A DNA stretch of 64,000 bases from Myxococcota bacterium (GTDB taxonomy: Bacteria; Myxococcota_A; UBA9160; JAFDDA01): the NCBI GenBank assembly GCA_965228475.1, contig OZ245817.1:3840001-3904000 (forward strand). The letters are read 5' to 3'. Every line of letters starts with the position of its first letter. Position 1 is the stretch's first letter. Below, piece after piece: positions 9,356-18,724 of this stretch. Below the pieces are notes generated by a model that ran no database searches, was not told the DNA's origin, and worked only from the letters and a program-made list of their open reading frames with translations. Both the position numbers and the translations under genes were made by a program.

Positions 9356-9375
9356 GTCTGCCGAGATCGGCAGAC
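9356..9375. promoter_or_regulatory. Perfect palindrome, candidate enhancer (UAS)
   Basis: GTCTGCCGA-GA-TCGGCAGAC, ~70-85 bp upstream of the -24 box. Confidence 0.5.
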
Positions 9376-9508
9376 GGACCGCCGGAATCGGCGGGCCACG
9401 GGCGCTCCGAGCCCCTTCTCCTTCCGGCTCCTGGACGACACCGGGCACGGATGTTGCGAGTTGGATCCGACCGGGGCGGGCACCCGATTGGGTGCGCCGC
9501 GCGAGGCG

Positions 9509-9949
9509 TCAGTGCGTAGCGGAGATCTCGAAAAGGACCCGTACGGAGTCGTCGGCAACCGCCGGGTCGACGTAGCCGATCGCGGCGCGCTCGGTCGCGA
9601 CGAAACGGCGGACGGCCTCGCCCGAAGCGAGCGTCGCAGGAGGCAGGACTCCTTGGAAGTACTGGCGGTTCCAGTAGACGGCGAGTCGGCTCGGCGAGGT
9701 CTGCAGAACTCGCGAAACGAACTCGGCGCGGATCGCGCTTCCCGCCTCCCGGTTCACGGCCACGATCCGGGTCCCGTCTTTCCAGAAGCGCCGTTGCTTC
9801 AGGTAGACCTGGACGATCTCCGCCGCGTCCAGGCGATCGGATCGTTCCGGGTGGACGATCACGGCGATGCCCTCGGCCGTCGCAGAGCCCGCCGCGAGGA
9901 GCGCCGTGAGCGCGACGAGGCCGACGACGAGGGAGCGCAGCAGACCCAT
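9509..9949 (-). CDS. Small periplasmic PBP-like protein (phosphate-binding-protein-like half domain)
   Basis: Signal peptide; IAVIVHP...YWNRQYFQGVLPP...AIGYV pattern. Confidence 0.7.
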   Translation of the reverse strand: MGLLRSLVVGLVALTALLAAGSATAEGIAVIVHPERSDRLDAAEIVQVYLKQRRFWKDGTRIVAVNREAGSAIRAEFVSRVLQTSPSRLAVYWNRQYFQGVLPPATLASGEAVRRFVATERAAIGYVDPAVADDSVRVLFEISATH

Positions 9950-11101
9950 TCAGAACAGCACCGAGAGCGAAGCGGTGACGCCTTCTACGACGTCGTCGGT
10001 CACACGGTCCGAAAACCGGTAGCCCGCCTTGAGATTCAACCACGGCACGGGCAGCCAGCTCACACCGACGTCCCAGAGGCTCACGTCGTTGCCCTGGCCG
10101 TCGGGGTCGAAGTGCTCGAAGCGGGCGACGAGATAGACGTTGTCGAGGAAGGGCACAGCGCGGAGGTCGTAGACCCCTTGAACGTAGACGGACCACAGAT
10201 CGCGGTCCGGAATGCTCCCCTCGGAGAACACCGCTTCGCTGGTCACCTCGAGCGGGCCGAGCTGGACCATCCAATCGAAGCCCGCGAGGTAGCTCCATTC
10301 GTTCTTCTGCTCCGCGGCGAGCAGGGAGGCACCGATCGACCAGCCGCCGAGGGCGTTGCCATACTCGAGCCGGGCGCCGGCCGTTCGCTCGGCGGTCTCG
10401 AAGTCCGGGTCCGGGTCGAGGGGATCGATGAGCTGGGCGTAGACCCACCAACGAAGCGTTTCGTTCCCGGGATAGAACGTTCCGAACAACGCCGCGCCCG
10501 TCTGATGCTCTTCGAAAGCCCGGTCGATCTGGACGGGCTCGACGGCCGTCCAGACGAAGGGCTCTGCGGGAACCAGGTTCCAGCGCCCGACCGGAGTCTG
10601 GAACTTTCCGATCCGCAGGTTCAGTGCATCGTTGTAGATCCAATCCGCGTAGAGGCGCTCGACGACGATGTCGGGGTCGTGATCGAAGTCGTCCCGTTCT
10701 CGATCCCAGGAAGCGAGGTCACCGAACTCGACCTCGGCGAAGAAGCGGAGCGGCTCGATCGGCTCGAACAGGATGAGCAGGTTCACGCTATCGAGCTCGA
10801 CGGTCGTGCCACCCGGTGCTTCGTCGTCGATCTCGACGATGCTGAAGCCGCCGACGGTCAGCCCGGTATCGCCGAGCCGGATTCCCCGTCCCGCTCGATA
10901 CTCGAAGGCACCGAGCGGCGTGGAAAAGGAGAGCCGCGGCGGTGTGCCCCCGGCGCCAGGGCCGATCGGCAGCGTCGACTGAGCCTGCACACCCCCCGAA
11001 GCGAGCAGGACGGCGGAGACGAGCGCTCCCACGAGCCCGCGCTTCGACCGCTTCGGCAGAGTGGTAGATTCGTGTTGGGATGTCGTCACGGCACGGAACA
11101 T
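9950..11101 (-). CDS. Outer-membrane beta-barrel/porin-like protein
   Basis: Signal peptide ending VQA-Q, alternating beta strands, RIGKFQTPVG, C-terminal Phe; start uncertain (11101 or 11089). Confidence 0.7.
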   Translation of the reverse strand: MFRAVTTSQHESTTLPKRSKRGLVGALVSAVLLASGGVQAQSTLPIGPGAGGTPPRLSFSTPLGAFEYRAGRGIRLGDTGLTVGGFSIVEIDDEAPGGTTVELDSVNLLILFEPIEPLRFFAEVEFGDLASWDRERDDFDHDPDIVVERLYADWIYNDALNLRIGKFQTPVGRWNLVPAEPFVWTAVEPVQIDRAFEEHQTGAALFGTFYPGNETLRWWVYAQLIDPLDPDPDFETAERTAGARLEYGNALGGWSIGASLLAAEQKNEWSYLAGFDWMVQLGPLEVTSEAVFSEGSIPDRDLWSVYVQGVYDLRAVPFLDNVYLVARFEHFDPDGQGNDVSLWDVGVSWLPVPWLNLKAGYRFSDRVTDDVVEGVTASLSVLF

Positions 11102-12911
11102 GACTCGGCAACCTGAGGACCAGAGGGAAGGAACATCCTCCCTCGCGCGGACACGGACCTTTCTACCCGCTCGAACGATCGGGAACAAGCTCCTGTTGTT
11201 CGTCGCCGTCCTTCTGACGTCGTTCGGTGTCCTTCTCATCACCATCGCGGAGCGGCACGGCAGCGACTCGCTCGAGCGTGCGATCGGACGGGAGCTCGAA
11301 CGCGAGGCGCGCCACGTCGCCGGTCGACTCTCGTCCATCCTCCGCACGGAGCAGCGAACGCTCGCGAGTTTTGCACGGCAGGATTGGATGCGGGAGATTC
11401 GCGTCGGCGACATCGATAAGCGAATCACCCAGGCCCTGGTCACCCTTCGCGATGGCAGTCCGCTCCGGGTCGACTACCAGGTCGTGGATGAGGCGGGCCG
11501 GGTCGTCGCATCGAGCGACGCCGGCGCCCTCGGCCAAAGGTCGACGATCGGCCTCGGGGCCGGCGAGGCAAGGCTCGAGGGGGACCGGTTGTGGATCAGC
11601 GCCCGCATTCCCGACCCCGATGCGACGCAACGCTCGCTCGGCGTCCTGTTCGGCGTCCTCGACTGGAAACAACTGACCTCGTACACCGAGGAGGTCCGAG
11701 AAGAACTCGCGGGTCTCGGGCTCGCATCCGAGATCTTCGTATGCGACGCCGGGGGCCGCGTGCTCGGCGGTGCCTGGGAAGCGGCGCCCTCGGAAGCCGT
11801 GGCACGGATGCTCGCCGCCGTCGTCGCTGGGGACCGCATGTCGCCGCTCGCGAGCCCGTGGATCGTCGGACATGCCCGCTTCGCACCGGACCTGCCCGGG
11901 ACTCTGGCCGGACAGCACCTCATCGTCGTCGAGCATCGAAAATCCGCGCTCGCTCCGGTTCGCGCCCTCTCGGGGCGACTGTTCGCCACGCTCGGCATCG
12001 TTCTCCTGCTCGGCTTGGCGGTCGCGAGTTTCGGGGCCCGCCAGGTCGCTCGCCCGCTCTCGGAACTCACCGGGGCGATCCGCGGTCTTGCTCAGGGGAA
12101 AGCGGAGACCCGGCGCGTTCCGGTCCGGAGCGACGACGAGGTCGGCACGCTGGCTGCGGCTTTCAACCAGATGGCCGGCGACCTCGACCGGGCTCAGCGC
12201 GACCTCATCGAGGCGGAGAAGTTCGCGTTCGTCGGCGAGCTGGCCGCCGGCGTCGCGCACGAGATCCGGACCTCGCTCGGGGTCCTCCGGAGCTCCGCGC
12301 AGCTCCTCGAGCAGTCGCTGCCCACCGACGCGGACGGGCAAACCAGCGAACTGGCTCACATGCTCGGTGCCGAGGTGGACCGTCTCGCCTCCGTCGTGAA
12401 CGACCTCTTGACCCTGGACCGCCCCCACCCGCCGCGCCTCGCATCCGTCCGGGTCTCGGATCCGCTCGCGCAGGCCGTCGCCCTGGTCGCTTCGAGAGCG
12501 GCCGAGCGCTCCATCACGATCGAGCAGGTGCCGGCCCCCGACGAACCGGCCGTTCGCTGCGAGTCCGAGCTCATCCACCGCGTGGCCGTCAATCTCCTCG
12601 TGAATGCGATGGAGGCCGTGGGAGAAGGCGGTTCCATCGTGATCGAGACCCTCGACGGTCGCGGCGGCTGCGGGGGGTTCGAGATCACCGATGACGGACC
12701 TGGCGTTCCGCCGGAGCTTCGAGAGAAGATCTTCCAGCCGTTCGTCACCGGGCGAGCCGGCGGAGTGGGGCTCGGCCTGACGTTCGTGAAACGCGTGATC
12801 CACGACCACCACGGCCAGATCATGGTCCGGTCCGACCCTACGGCGGGAGCGACCTTCCGGGTCGAGCTGCCGCTCGCCGACGACCCGAGCGAACCCGAAG
12901 GCTCCGCGTGA
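11100..12911 (+). CDS. Membrane sensor histidine kinase (periplasmic sensor, HAMP, HisKA, HATPase)
   Basis: Two TMs, DEVGTLAAAFNQM HAMP, AGVAHEI H-box, NLLVNA, DDGPG, GVGLGL; start uncertain. Confidence 0.92.
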   Translation: MTRQPEDQREGTSSLARTRTFLPARTIGNKLLLFVAVLLTSFGVLLITIAERHGSDSLERAIGRELEREARHVAGRLSSILRTEQRTLASFARQDWMREIRVGDIDKRITQALVTLRDGSPLRVDYQVVDEAGRVVASSDAGALGQRSTIGLGAGEARLEGDRLWISARIPDPDATQRSLGVLFGVLDWKQLTSYTEEVREELAGLGLASEIFVCDAGGRVLGGAWEAAPSEAVARMLAAVVAGDRMSPLASPWIVGHARFAPDLPGTLAGQHLIVVEHRKSALAPVRALSGRLFATLGIVLLLGLAVASFGARQVARPLSELTGAIRGLAQGKAETRRVPVRSDDEVGTLAAAFNQMAGDLDRAQRDLIEAEKFAFVGELAAGVAHEIRTSLGVLRSSAQLLEQSLPTDADGQTSELAHMLGAEVDRLASVVNDLLTLDRPHPPRLASVRVSDPLAQAVALVASRAAERSITIEQVPAPDEPAVRCESELIHRVAVNLLVNAMEAVGEGGSIVIETLDGRGGCGGFEITDDGPGVPPELREKIFQPFVTGRAGGVGLGLTFVKRVIHDHHGQIMVRSDPTAGATFRVELPLADDPSEPEGSA

Positions 12912-12924
12912 GAGAGGCAACTCG

Positions 12925-14265
12925 ATGAAACGAATCCTGATCCTCGACGACGACCGGCCCACGCGGCGCATCTTGCAGATCCTCATCGAACGGATGGGCC
13001 TCGAGTCCTCCGCCTTCGAGGAGGCCGGGAGCGCGCTCGAGGCGCTCGAAGCCGAGACCTTCTCGCTGGTCCTGACGGATCTCAAGATGCCACGAATCGA
13101 CGGGCTCGAGTTCATGCGCAGACTGCGCGAACTCGACTCGGAGGTGCCCGTCCTCGTCCTGACGGCCTACGGAACCGTGACCTCGGCCGTGGAGGCCATG
13201 AAGCTCGGCGCCCTCGACTTCGTCGCCAAACCCTTCGACGTCGACGCCCTCGAGATGCTGATCCGGCGCGCGCTCGACGCCTCCCGAACGCGAACCGAGC
13301 ACCGCTATCTGCGCGAAGAAGCCGAGCGGGCCGCGGGGTTCGGCGAGCTGATCGGCGAATCGCCCGCGATGAAAGCGATCTACGGCCTGATCGAGAAGGC
13401 CGCGCCGGCCCGAAGCGCCGTCCTCGTCACCGGCGAGACGGGCACGGGAAAAGAGCTCGTCGCGCGCGCACTGCACGCCCGCAGCCCACGGGCCGAGAAG
13501 CTCTTCGTCCCGATGAACTGCGCCGCCATCCCCGGTGAGCTGCTCGAGAGCGAACTCTTCGGCCATGTGCGCGGAGCGTTCACGGGTGCCCAATCGGATC
13601 GTCAGGGTAAATTCGGCGCCGCCGACGGAGGGACGCTCTTCCTGGACGAGATCGGGGACATGGACCCTCGCCTCCAGGCCAAGCTGCTCCGCGCACTCCA
13701 GGAAGGCGTGATCGAGCCCGTCGGGAGCAACCGCCGTCTGACCGTCGACGTTCGCGTCGTCTCCTCGACCCACCGCGATCTCGAGCAGGCGATCCGCGAC
13801 GGCAGCTTCCGGGAAGACCTCTACTACCGCTTGAACGTCGTCCGGATCCAGATCCCCCCGCTGCGGGAGCGACGAAGCGACGTCCCGGCGCTGGCCGCGG
13901 CGGCCATCGCCGGCTTCGGGCGAGAACTCGGGCGGGGGCCCATCACGATCGCCGCCGACGCGCTCGAGACCCTCGCCGCCTACGACTGGCCAGGGAACGT
14001 CCGCGAGCTCCGCAATCTGATGGAACGGGCCGCCGTGCTCGTCGAGGGACAGCGGGTCGAGCGTGACCTGATTGCGTCCCTGCTCCCGAGTGAGTCGGAG
14101 CCCGGGAGCCGGGGGTTCGAGCTGGCACCCGTGGTGGCCGCAGCGGAACGCAAGGCGGTCCTGCGAGCCCTGGCGGAAGCCGACGACGACAAGGCCGCGG
14201 CCGCCCGCCTGCTCGGAATCGGTGAGCGCACGCTCTGGACCAAGCTCAAGAAGCACGGCCTCTAG
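12925..14265 (+). CDS. NtrC/AtoC-family sigma54-dependent response regulator
   Basis: Receiver (ILDDD, TDLKMP), GETGTGKE, GAFTGA, LFLDEIG, C-terminal HTH. Confidence 0.95.
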   Translation: MKRILILDDDRPTRRILQILIERMGLESSAFEEAGSALEALEAETFSLVLTDLKMPRIDGLEFMRRLRELDSEVPVLVLTAYGTVTSAVEAMKLGALDFVAKPFDVDALEMLIRRALDASRTRTEHRYLREEAERAAGFGELIGESPAMKAIYGLIEKAAPARSAVLVTGETGTGKELVARALHARSPRAEKLFVPMNCAAIPGELLESELFGHVRGAFTGAQSDRQGKFGAADGGTLFLDEIGDMDPRLQAKLLRALQEGVIEPVGSNRRLTVDVRVVSSTHRDLEQAIRDGSFREDLYYRLNVVRIQIPPLRERRSDVPALAAAAIAGFGRELGRGPITIAADALETLAAYDWPGNVRELRNLMERAAVLVEGQRVERDLIASLLPSESEPGSRGFELAPVVAAAERKAVLRALAEADDDKAAAARLLGIGERTLWTKLKKHGL

Positions 14266-14295
14266 GCAATCGAAGGAACGGGTGCCGACTCGGGC

Positions 14296-15651
14296 TCAGT
14301 GCAGATCGTCGAGCCCGTGGCGGCGGAGCTTGTTGCGCAGGCCGACGCGCGAGAGGCCGAGGGCCTCGGCCATGCGCGTGCGGTTGCCGTGGAAGCGATC
14401 GAGCGCGTCGCGCAGGACCTCGCGCTCCACCTGGTCGAGGCGCTCCTTGAGCGTTCCGGCGCGGACGGGCGCGTCTTCGACTTCGGGTGCGTCGCCGGCC
14501 CCGAGCCCCGCACCGACCTGCTCGCCGGGGGCCGTCAGGGCGATGGCGCGCTCGACGGCGTTGCGCAGCTCGCGGACGTTCCCCGGAAAGTCCTTCTGCG
14601 CGAGGTCTTCGAGGAACGATTCGTCGAGGGTGATCTTGCGCGCGTGGTCGTCGCCGAACTCCTCGGCGAAGTGCTGGGCGAGGAACGGGATGTCGACCCG
14701 TCGGCGGCGCAGGCTCGGCACGAACAGCGTCGCCGTATTCAGGCGGTAAAGGAGGTCCTGACGGAAGCTCCCTTCCTCGACCATCTCCTTCAGGTCGCGG
14801 TGGGTGGCCGAGACGACGCGGACGTCGACCTGCTTCACCTCCGTCCCGCCGACGGGACGGATCTCGCGGGCCTCGAGGGCGCGCAGGAGCTTCGTCTGGA
14901 AGGCCGGCGACGTATCGCCGACCTCGTCGAGGAGCAGCGTCCCGCCCTCGGCTTCTTCGAACAGGCCCCGCTTGTCCCGGTCGGCCCCGGTGAAGGCGCC
15001 GCGCACGTGGCCGAAGAGTTCGCTCTCGAGGAGCGTATCCGGCAAGGCGCCGCAGTTCACGGCGACGAAGGCCCGGCTCGCGCGCGGGCTTTCCTCGTGG
15101 ATCGCGCGCGCGACGAGTTCCTTGCCCGTGCCGGTCTCGCCGAGGATGAGGACGGGGATGTTCGACGTCGCGAGCCGGCGGACCTCTTCCATCAGATCCC
15201 GGATCGCCTTCGAGACGCCGAGCAGGGCCGGCGCACGTCGGTGGTTGTGTCGCGCTCCCTCGCCGACCTTCCCGGCGGTGGGAAGACCGTTGCGGAGGGC
15301 CAGCCGCAGCGCCGCCGGGGCCGGGTCCGCAGCGAGCACCGCGTGGGGCCGGAGCTCCTCGATCGCGAACTCCAGGGCGGCCTCGTCCGTCCCCTCGGAG
15401 AGCAGGATGATCGCGCGGCCCGCCGGGAGATCCCGCAGCGCGACGAGATCGCGGGCGTCCTGGCCGGGGTCGAGCTGCACGACGGCGGCGTGGGCATCCA
15501 CGAGGGGGCCCCGCGTCCCGAGCGCCTCGGGCGCCACGGGGCGCACGGCGAACTCGGGCACCAGGGCGGCCGCGATCGCCTGCTGGCGGCGCGGCTCGGT
15601 GGCCACCGCCAGGACGAGGGCTCGGGGTGGCTTCGTCTCGGGCTTTCCCAT
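14296..15651 (-). CDS. sigma54 enhancer-binding protein with degenerate receiver-like N-terminus
   Basis: GETGTGKE, GAFTGA, LLLDEVG, Fis-type HTH; N-terminus lacks the DD/D acidic pocket. Confidence 0.9.
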   Translation of the reverse strand: MGKPETKPPRALVLAVATEPRRQQAIAAALVPEFAVRPVAPEALGTRGPLVDAHAAVVQLDPGQDARDLVALRDLPAGRAIILLSEGTDEAALEFAIEELRPHAVLAADPAPAALRLALRNGLPTAGKVGEGARHNHRRAPALLGVSKAIRDLMEEVRRLATSNIPVLILGETGTGKELVARAIHEESPRASRAFVAVNCGALPDTLLESELFGHVRGAFTGADRDKRGLFEEAEGGTLLLDEVGDTSPAFQTKLLRALEAREIRPVGGTEVKQVDVRVVSATHRDLKEMVEEGSFRQDLLYRLNTATLFVPSLRRRRVDIPFLAQHFAEEFGDDHARKITLDESFLEDLAQKDFPGNVRELRNAVERAIALTAPGEQVGAGLGAGDAPEVEDAPVRAGTLKERLDQVEREVLRDALDRFHGNRTRMAEALGLSRVGLRNKLRRHGLDDLH

Positions 15652-15716
15652 GCCGGGCTCATCGGCCGACCGGCAACGCGGGTGAAGTTTCCCTTGGGGC
15701 GGGCGCCCGGGCGGGC

Positions 15717-16115
15717 TCAGTGGACGGCGCGCGGCTCCCGCAGCTCGAAGCGCGCGACCCGCGCATCGAAGTGGCTGCCGTCCTCACGGACCATCTGGTA
15801 GGTCCCTTCCATCGTGCCGAAGGGCGTCTCGAGCGGGCAGCCCGAGGTGTACTCGAAACCGTCGCCCGGCTCGAGCACGGGCTGCTTGCCGACCACACCG
15901 TCGCCCTGCACCTCGCGCACCTGCCCGGTGCCGTCGGTGATGAGCCAGTGGCGCGAGAGGAGCTGGACGGTCCCCTCGCCTTCGTTCTGGATCTGGATCG
16001 TGTACAGGAAGAACCACTCGTTGCCGAGCGGGTTCGAGTGCTCTTCGGAGTAGCGGGCCGCGACGTGCACGCGCACGCCTTCGGTGCAGGCCTCGGATGT
16101 GGTCTCCACGCTCAT
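15717..16115 (-). CDS. apaG: ApaG protein
   Basis: VQLLSRHWLITD, GDGVVGKQP, FEYTSG, GTMEG. Confidence 0.95.
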   Translation of the reverse strand: MSVETTSEACTEGVRVHVAARYSEEHSNPLGNEWFFLYTIQIQNEGEGTVQLLSRHWLITDGTGQVREVQGDGVVGKQPVLEPGDGFEYTSGCPLETPFGTMEGTYQMVREDGSHFDARVARFELREPRAVH

Positions 16116-16143
16116 GGCCGGGAGACTAGCAGCGTCCGGAGAC

Positions 16144-17382
16144 CTAGCTTCCCGTCGGCACGTCCCGGAAGGCGATCTTCTTGTCGACGCGCATCTCCGG
16201 CGGGAGGCGCAGCACGCGCTCGGCGATGATGTTCTTCAGGATCTCGTCGGTGCCGCCCGCGATGCGGAGGCCCGGCACGCCGAGGTAGGTGTTCTGCCAC
16301 AGGGCTTCCTGGAGCGACGCTTCGTCGTCGAGCAGGCCCCCGGCCGCGCCCTGGAGCTCGATCGCGAAGTCCGCGATCTCCTGGGAGAGCGGCGCGCCGA
16401 CGGCCTTGCCGATCGAGCCCTCGGGGCCGGGCGTCTGGCCCTGGGAGAGCGCCGAGAGCGTGCGCAGGCCGGTGTACTGGAGACCCTTCGAGCGGATGTA
16501 GAAGCTCGCGAGCCGCTGGCGCACCGCGCTGTCCTCGATGGCGGGTTTGCCACCCCGGCGCACCTCGCGCGCGAGGCGCAGGAGTTCCTTGAAGCGGCCG
16601 CCGCCTCCACCGGCGCCGATCGCCACGCGCTCGTTCATGAGCGTCGTGAGCGCCACGCCCCAGCCGTCGCCCTCGCCGCCGAGCTGGTTCTCGGCGGGGA
16701 CGCGGACGTCCGTGAAGAAGACCTCGTTGAAGCCCGAGCCGCCGTTGATCTGCTTGATCGGGCGCACCTCGATGCCGGGCGAGCGCATGTCCACGATGAA
16801 GTACGTCAGGCCCGCGTGCTTCGGCACGTTCGGGTCCGTGCGCACGACGATCATGCCCCAGTCACAGAAGTGGGCGCCGGTGCTCCAGATCTTCTGGCCG
16901 TTCAGGACCCACTCGTTGCCGTCGCGCACCGCGGTGCTGCGCAGCCCGGCAAGGTCCGAGCCCGCGGCCGGCTCGCTGAAGAGCTGGCACCAGATCTCCT
17001 GGCCGCGCGCCATGTCCGGGATGTACTTCTTCTTCTGCTCGTCGGTGCCGTGGGTCATGATCGTCGGCCCGAGCATGCCGTGGCCGATCGTGTAGATCGG
17101 GACCGGCGTCTTGAACTTCGCCTCTTCCTGGTTGTAGACGACGTTCTCCATGCGGCCGAGGCCCTGCCCGCCGTACTCCTTGGGCCAGGTCAGGACGGCC
17201 CATCCGGCGTCGTACTTCTTCGCCTGCCAGGCCTTCGCGGCCGCGATGTCCTCGTCGGTCTCGCGCTCGCCGAGGGCACCCGCGTTGATCGCGTCGGGAT
17301 CGATCGGTTCGGCGTTGTCCGAGAGCCAGGCGTTGGCCTTCTTGCGGAATGCGGCTTCTTCGGGCGTATCGTTGAAGTCCAT
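16144..17382 (-). CDS. Acyl-CoA dehydrogenase family protein
   Basis: WCQLFSEPAAGSDL, NGQKIWST, FNEVFF, IAGGTDEI. Confidence 0.93.
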   Translation of the reverse strand: MDFNDTPEEAAFRKKANAWLSDNAEPIDPDAINAGALGERETDEDIAAAKAWQAKKYDAGWAVLTWPKEYGGQGLGRMENVVYNQEEAKFKTPVPIYTIGHGMLGPTIMTHGTDEQKKKYIPDMARGQEIWCQLFSEPAAGSDLAGLRSTAVRDGNEWVLNGQKIWSTGAHFCDWGMIVVRTDPNVPKHAGLTYFIVDMRSPGIEVRPIKQINGGSGFNEVFFTDVRVPAENQLGGEGDGWGVALTTLMNERVAIGAGGGGGRFKELLRLAREVRRGGKPAIEDSAVRQRLASFYIRSKGLQYTGLRTLSALSQGQTPGPEGSIGKAVGAPLSQEIADFAIELQGAAGGLLDDEASLQEALWQNTYLGVPGLRIAGGTDEILKNIIAERVLRLPPEMRVDKKIAFRDVPTGS

Positions 17383-17442
17383 GGCGGGTGTCCTCGCTTG
17401 CTGGATGCGTTCTTGGGGGTGGGCGAGTGGTTCGGGTGGCGA

Positions 17443-17523
17443 GCGGTTCCGGTGAGCTAACGGCGGTTCCGGTGAGCTAACGGCGGTTCCGGTGAGCTAA
17501 CGGCGGTTCCGGTGAGCTAACGG
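17443..17523. repeat. 20-bp tandem repeat x4 spanning acyl-CoA dehydrogenase stop codon
   Basis: GCGGTTCCGGTGAGCTAACG x4, identical copies. Confidence 0.95.
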
Positions 17524-18632
17524 GATTCGGCGCGGTCGATGCGGTCGATCAACCGCTCGTTCCAGGCCGCCGGGCTTCCGAGCGTCACCGAGAGCGATTT
17601 CGCCCGGCGATAGAAGAGGTGGCAGTCGTACTCCCAGGTGAAGCCGACGCCCCCGTGGAACTGGATCATCTCCTGGGACGCGAGGTCGAAGGCCTCGCTC
17701 GCGGCGGAGCGGCTCGCGCAGGAGGCCAGGGCGAGTTCGTCGCCGAGGTTCTCCTGCAGCGTGTAGGCCGCGTAGTAGGCGTTGCTGCGGGCGACCTCGA
17801 TCGCGCAGTAGACGTCCGCCATGCGGTGCTTCACCGCCTGGAAGGAACCGATCGGCCGCCCGAAGGCGTAGCGGCTCATGATCTGGTCCTTCGTGATCTC
17901 GAGCGCGCGGTCCGCGCCGCCGATCTGTTCGAAGGCGGTGAGCACGGCGGCCACGTCGAGCAGCGTCTCCGCCTGGGCGAAGCCCTTCGCGGCGTCGCCG
18001 AGCACCTCGGCCGGAGCGCCGTCGAACTGGAGCTTCGCCTGGCCGCGGCTCGGATCGAAGGAGTCGAGCGACGTGCGCACGACGCCCTCGGCCTCGAGAT
18101 CCGCGAGCACCAGGACGAGGCCGTTCTCGCCGCGGGCGAGCACGACGGCGAGACCGGCGATGCCGCCGTCGGCGACGGGCCACTTCTCGCCGGTGAGCTT
18201 GCCGTTCTCGAAGCGGAGCGAGACGTCGTCCGGGTGGAGATCGCCGGGCCCCTCGAAGAAGGCCCCGGTTCCGATGACGTCCCCGGCGACGAGCCGCGGC
18301 AGGTGCGCCTTCTTCTGGGCGTCGCTGCCGAACCGCACGAGCGCTTCGGTGGCGAGGTAGACGGAGGAGGAGAAGGGGATCGGCGCGAGCGCGCGGCCGA
18401 CTTCCTGGGCGAGCAGCACGAGCTCGAGGTGCCCCATGCCGGCGCCACCGTACTCCTCGGGGACCGCGGTGCCGAGCCAGCCCATCTCGGCCGCTCCCTT
18501 CCACAGATCGGGCTGGTGGGTGGCGTCGGATTCGAGGACGGCACGGCAGACCTCGAGGCCCGAGTGCTCCTCGAGGTAGTCGCGGGCGGTCTTCTGGATG
18601 AGCTTTTGATCTTCGGAGAAGTCGAAGTTCAT
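17517..18632 (-). CDS. Acyl-CoA dehydrogenase family protein (partner subunit type)
   Basis: MNFDFSEDQ start, RYAFGRPIGSFQAVKH, HGGVGFTWE. Confidence 0.92.
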   Translation of the reverse strand: MNFDFSEDQKLIQKTARDYLEEHSGLEVCRAVLESDATHQPDLWKGAAEMGWLGTAVPEEYGGAGMGHLELVLLAQEVGRALAPIPFSSSVYLATEALVRFGSDAQKKAHLPRLVAGDVIGTGAFFEGPGDLHPDDVSLRFENGKLTGEKWPVADGGIAGLAVVLARGENGLVLVLADLEAEGVVRTSLDSFDPSRGQAKLQFDGAPAEVLGDAAKGFAQAETLLDVAAVLTAFEQIGGADRALEITKDQIMSRYAFGRPIGSFQAVKHRMADVYCAIEVARSNAYYAAYTLQENLGDELALASCASRSAASEAFDLASQEMIQFHGGVGFTWEYDCHLFYRRAKSLSVTLGSPAAWNERLIDRIDRAESR

Positions 18633-18646
18633 GATGGGGCTCTCTG

Positions 18647-18700
18647 TTGATTGATGAATCAGTCGAGTCGCCATTATAGACCGCGGCCCGGCTGTGCCAA
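18647..18700 (-). promoter_or_regulatory. sigma70-type promoter with downstream imperfect palindrome (candidate repressor operator)
   Basis: TTGGCA-16bp-TATAAT (18700-18673); TTGATTGATGAATCAGTCGA at 18647-18666 is 14/20 self-complementary. Confidence 0.6.
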
Positions 18701-18724
18701 GCTCGCGCGCCGGAGGTCTGCAGC

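Noticed and set aside
17443..17523. CRISPR-like array
   Set aside because: Repeats are contiguous with no unique spacers; no cas genes in the window
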